From NCBI RefSeq assembly GCF_006345805.1, contig NW_021832900.1, forward strand, positions 1 through 37,241: a stretch of DNA of 37,241 bases. Reading direction: 5' to 3'. Source of the stretch: Octopus sinensis (lineage: Eukaryota). A model generated the notes under the pieces. That model saw only the letters and a list, made by a program, of their open reading frames with translations, made no database searches and was not told the DNA's origin. The position numbers were made by a program, and so were the translations under genes. Shown one piece after another: positions 33,360 to 37,241 of the stretch (position 1 is its first letter; every line of letters starts with the position of its first letter).

Positions 33360-33631
33360 CGTTCGCGAGTTCGATTCCCGGTGGCATGTTGTGTCCTTGA
33401 GAAACACACTATTTCACGTTGCTCCAGTCCACTCAGTTAGAAATGAGTAATACCTGTATTTCAAGGAGCCAGCCTTGTCACACTCCGTGTCACACTGAAT
33501 TTCCATGAGCAGTATGTGAAGGGGTACGCGTGTCTGTGGAGTGCTCAGCCACTTGCACGTTAATCTCACGAGCAAGCTGTTCCATTGATAAGATCAAGTG
33601 GAACCCTCATCGTCGTAAGCGGCGGAGTGCC
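33360..33631 (+). mobile_element. S1-type SINE nested in S2
   Basis: GAGTTCGATTCCC B box and GTGTCCTTGAG, colinear with 18866-19164. Confidence 0.82.
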
Positions 33632-33694
<63 letters not shown>

Positions 33695-33788
33695 GTCTGT
33701 CTGTCTGCGTCTGTCTGTCTATCTACCTATCTATCTATGTGTCTATCTTGTCTATATATGTATGTATGTATGTATCTATCTATCTATT

Positions 33789-33850
<62 letters not shown>
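33632..33850. repeat. (TCTA)n/(TCTG)n/(TA)n compound microsatellite
   Basis: Direct inspection. Confidence 0.95.
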
Positions 33851-33852
<2 letters not shown>

Positions 33853-34042
33853 TATAGTTGAAATTTACAGAAAAACAAAAGACGAAGACAATTGTATAAC
33901 AACAAGCAGGTGTATTAGTTTGACGCCGCTTGGGTAGGTGAGAAAGGCTTTTACGTTTCGAGTCTACGCTCTTCAACAGAAAAGAACACAAGGAAATAAA
34001 CAGAGAGAGAATTAAAAAGACTTTTGGATTTAGCGCTGAATC
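33850..34042 (-). mobile_element. Diverged third copy of the hammerhead-bearing unit
   Basis: The minus strand has TCTTTTCTGTTGAAGAGCGTAG.CTCGAAACGTAAAAG and a TTCGTCTTTTGTTT tail running into (TA)n. Confidence 0.72.
33948..33983 (-). ncRNA. Minimal hammerhead-like motif (CUGUUGA core)
   Basis: tttt-CTGTTGA-a-gagc(gtag)actc-GAAA-cg-TA-aaag, with one stem II mismatch. Confidence 0.55.
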
Positions 34043-34670
34043 ATGGCGACTATGTATATATATATATATGGTTGTGCCCGTCTTTATGTTTGTGTTGGCA
34101 CTACTTGACAACCGGTGTTTGTGAGTTTACGACCCCGTTACTTCGTGGCATGGCAAAGTGGATTGGTAGAATGAGTACCAATATAGGAAGAAAAATAAAT
34201 ACTAGAGTCGAAATGCTCGCCAAGCCTTTCAAAGCGGTGCTCCAGCTTGGCCACTGTCGAAAAACTGAAACAAATAAAAAATAAGGATGTGTGTCTTGTA
34301 TGTCGGTTTTACGCATGCGTACGTGCGTTTGTGTCATGAGTATGTTTCTGTGTGTGAGTGTATGTATGTATGTATGTATGTGTGTGTGTGTGTACGCATG
34401 TATGTATGTGTGTGTATGTGTGCATGTATGTTGTGTATGTATGTATGAATTCATATGTTTATGCGTGTGTATTATACATGGGTGTTTGTTATTGTGGGTT
34501 TGTGTTTCTACATGTGTTTTATGTTTTCAGCTGTGTGTGTGAGTGTGTTTTGAGGTTATGCGTGTTTGCATGTGTCTGTTTGTGGGTCAATGCCCATATA
34601 AACTTTTCCACCGCCTCCCACTGAGGCGTAGCGAAACCCCTTTCTATACAAAAAGCTTAAACCTCATGAG

Positions 34671-34704
34671 CTACTCTCCCTCTACGCCTGTAGAGGGAGA
34701 GTAG
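34671..34704. other. Perfect 15-bp-stem hairpin, 4-nt loop
   Basis: CTACTCTCCCTCTAC-GCCT-GTAGAGGGAGAGTAG. Confidence 0.95.
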
Positions 34705-34880
34705 GTCCCATATAGTCTACCGTGGGGTGCACCGTGGCAGCACGACACATTGCGAACAGCAGAATATTGAGGTACCGCAGATTTAAAAAATAAAATTTAA
34801 GATTTCAGAAAATACATTTTCTGTTTTCAAAAACATGTTATTTTATAAAGCAGTTTGGAAAACATGCTATCCATAATGCA

Positions 34881-35050
34881 GTTAAACACAATAATTTTAT
34901 AAAATTCTTATTCATAATTTTGTTAAACACAAAAACGTGATTTATAAAACTAGTTATCCATGATTTCGTTAAACACAAATATGATTTATAAAACATTTTA
35001 AAAAAGACTTGTTATAATTTTGTTAAACTCAATTATTATTTACAAAACTC
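34881..35050 (+). repeat. Four degenerate GTTAAAC(A/T)CAA...TTTA(T/C)AAAA units
   Basis: Units start at 34881, 34922, 34968 and 35022. Confidence 0.7.
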
Positions 35051-35099
35051 GATAAGTAATAATTTATATATTCAAAACGAAAAAAAAAGATAGACGACT

Positions 35100-35462
35100 G
35101 GTTTCTAGTTCCGCAATTAGTTTTACACTCTGTGGGGACAACAGTAGGGAGCAGTAGTTCATATGACTGAGGACAAAGGTTCTCCAAAGCAGAAGCATTG
35201 TGTCTCTGTTTCTGGTCGCGAAGGATCTAAGGATCCACCCGGCCACCCGCCTGCATAGTGTTGCCATCTGAGCAATGTGCACTTGGAATGTTCCATCTTT
35301 GCTCATGTGGACTCCCGGGTCACGCATCGACTCAAACTCTGCGATTACATTATCTGCTGGTCCCGTGTACTTCAGTTGTAGTTTGTTTGTGGGATGATAG
35401 CGGAGAGCTTGGAATTTTGCGCCATTGAACAGCATATCATTCCCATCAACCCATTTATATAT
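35100..35462 (-). mobile_element. CR1-like LINE RT fragment
   Basis: IYKWVDGNDMLFNGAKFQALRY...YTGP...RDPGVHMSKDGTFQVHI...GWILRSF.TR.RDTMLLLWRTFVLSHMNYCS. Same family as 25381-26270. Confidence 0.88.
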
Positions 35463-35699
35463 AAACAAATCCATTTATATATACATATATATATATACAC
35501 ACATAGACGCACATACACATATTACTATTTAAAGGTCACAATACATGTATTAAAGCGCTACTAATATGTTGGAGAGAACTCAAAATATTCTTCAGTCGCA
35601 AACCACATAACAAACTAAAAATGTAATAAATAGAAGAGACGCCATAGAACTGAGAAGGCAGCATATAGAAAAGCAGACAGTAAACAAGGGAAAACGAAA

Positions 35700-36165
35700 C
35701 TAAATATGAAGAGTATCATTGCACGTGGTCAACATCAAGAACCTGAATCCAGCTGCAACTGTCGCGACCCAAGATCATTTCAACTTGACCAACGATGTAA
35801 GATTAGATCTATCACATGAGGCAGAAGTTATTGCAACTGTAAATAATAGTACAACTGATAAGAAAGCCTATTTTGGATTATGTAAAGGTGAATCTAAACA
35901 TTGCTATGCCTATCACATAGCATCCTTCGGACGTAGGGACAAAAGTAAAGCTACGCAGTTGGCTAGCTATGTATGGACTTTGAAAGATAAGGAAATACCG
36001 CATATGATTAAATGGAAAGTAATTGAGAAATCAATATCTTATGTGAATGGATCGAATAAAGGTAGACTTTGGTTGAAAGAGCGCAGATCCTGTTCAGATC
36101 TAAGATCCCTAAATCTCTTTCATGCATATGTATGAATATATCCTGAAGAATTGGAAACTTCTTCC
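35700..36165 (+). mobile_element. Penelope-like element GIY-YIG remnant, type A
   Basis: LNMKSII...SCNCRDPRSFQLDQRC / EAEVIATV...KAYFGLCKGESKHCYAYHIASF...ATQLASYVWTLKDK..IKWKVIEK..SYVNGSNKGRLWLKER, with one frameshift near 35815. Confidence 0.85.
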
Positions 36166-36189
36166 TACACCTGACTGACTTGATATCTT

Positions 36190-37005
36190 TCCAGATCAGA
36201 GTTCTCCTTCAAAAAGGGACAACGTTTCACAGTGAAAAGCAATTTCACATGTTATTTAGATAACCTGATATACGCACTAACCTGCTCTTGGTATCAAGAG
36301 CAACACATAGGCCAAGCAAAAAACAGTCTACGTAAAAGAATGGCTCTGCACAGATCCCAGATCAAAATTCCCCAAACAGATAAATATCATTCAGCTAACA
36401 CATCGACATTTTCGCCAATAACAAAAATCCAAACTTCAGAATTTTTCTCCTCTACCAATTCAGGTACGATATAACCTGTAGCCAACGAATTAGTAAAGAG
36501 ACTCTCTTTATTACAAAATACAGACCCTTTTTGAACGCGTCTACAACAAAGGACATATCCACCACGGCCTTAGAATAACACAGACACATACCCAAATATT
36601 ACAAAGGATACATTCAGGAGATACCCAAGAATCCATTAAAAACATCCCAATCACTGCTACAATCCACAACGAGTCACTTTTAGGTCACTTGACCATTTAA
36701 CACACCACTACAATCATATTACCTACATCCATTCTTATTCTCCCGTCTCTTTCTTCTTCTTATTCCCTACAAAGAATTCACAACGGCCTCGAACCCACAA
36801 GAGTAAACAAGAGAGACAGAGACACGCAGAAACAAGGAAAATGCCCCTTGTATTTGAATGCTATGCAAATATTCTTTTAAAAAAACTTTTCCTTTAATTT
36901 TTCCCAAATTTAATTTTTTCCATACTTACAGTTGAAAAAAGTCTCAATGACTGAAACCGGTACTGAAATGTTTTTTATAAAATTATTTTACCTTGACTTT
37001 TTTCC
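36190..37005 (+). mobile_element. Penelope-like element 3' part, type B: GIY-YIG remnant + 3' region + hammerhead-like motif
   Basis: FSFKKGQRFTVKSNFTC..NLIYALTCSWYQEQHIGQ...LRKRMALHRSQI / FRIFLLYQF...KETLFITKYRPFLN parallels 3818-4183. It ends at (TA)n. Confidence 0.82.
36929..36965 (+). ncRNA. Minimal hammerhead-like motif (UUGAAAA core)
   Basis: cag-TTGAAAA-a-agtc(tcaat)gact-GAAA-ccgg-TA-ctg: perfect 3-bp stem I, 4-bp stem II and ACCGGT palindrome. Confidence 0.6.
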
Positions 37006-37039
37006 ATATATATCAACACGTGTGTTCTTTTTCAACCTT

Positions 37040-37156
37040 CTACACACACACACACACGAACAATATACTTATATATATATATACTGATATCTATCTATCT
37101 ATCTATCTACCTATCTATCTATCTATATATATATGCTTATACACACACACACACAC

Positions 37157-37241
<85 letters not shown>
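37040..37241. repeat. CA/TATC/TA compound microsatellite
   Basis: Direct inspection. Confidence 0.95.

Larger units (their letters stand above)
33162..34285 (+). mobile_element. S2 SINE split by ~740 bp of nested insertions
   Basis: The S2 5' half is at 33162-33330 and the S2 3' half (TTGACAACCGGTG...GCGGTGCTCCAGC...CTGAAACA) at ~34070-34285. Confidence 0.75.

Noticed and set aside
34618-34645. CTGAGGCGTAGCGAAACCCC hammerhead-like trace
   Set aside because: The core lacks G8-A9 spacing and stem III does not pair.
35810-35825. In-frame TGA in the type A PLE as a possible selenocysteine codon
   Set aside because: It is not at a Cys position, and a one-base frameshift restores ...YEAEV, so it reflects decay.

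Overview
This is a eukaryotic, AT-rich, microsatellite-saturated window made almost entirely of transposable-element debris. I found no supportable host protein-coding exon, rRNA, intact tRNA or CRISPR array, and most listed ORFs are translations of simple repeats. The repeat families look like those of Octopus/coleoid cephalopods; this is my recognition, not a database result. Contents: (1) LINE fragments from Tx1/L1, CR1-like (3) and RTE-like (3) clades. (2) Four Penelope-like element (PLE) GIY-YIG remnants of two types, one with an uninterrupted endonuclease frame and a perfect 68-bp inverted duplication. (3) Many tRNA-derived SINEs of at least three groups (my labels S1, S2, S3), often nested. 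(4) Two non-autonomous Helitrons with A|TC...hairpin-CTAG|T ends; one carries a piggyBac-type transposase fragment and a ~115-bp tandem array. (5) One Helentron/HINE-like element. The most interesting signal is about 8 well-formed and several degenerate minimal type I hammerhead-ribozyme-like motifs. They lie in several unrelated repeat families, mostly PLE 3' ends or short units abutting (TA)n, and include non-canonical cores (CUGUUGA, CCGACGA, UUGAAGA, UUGAAAA). Ribozyme activity is inferred from motif and pairing only. Boundaries of degenerate elements are approximate.
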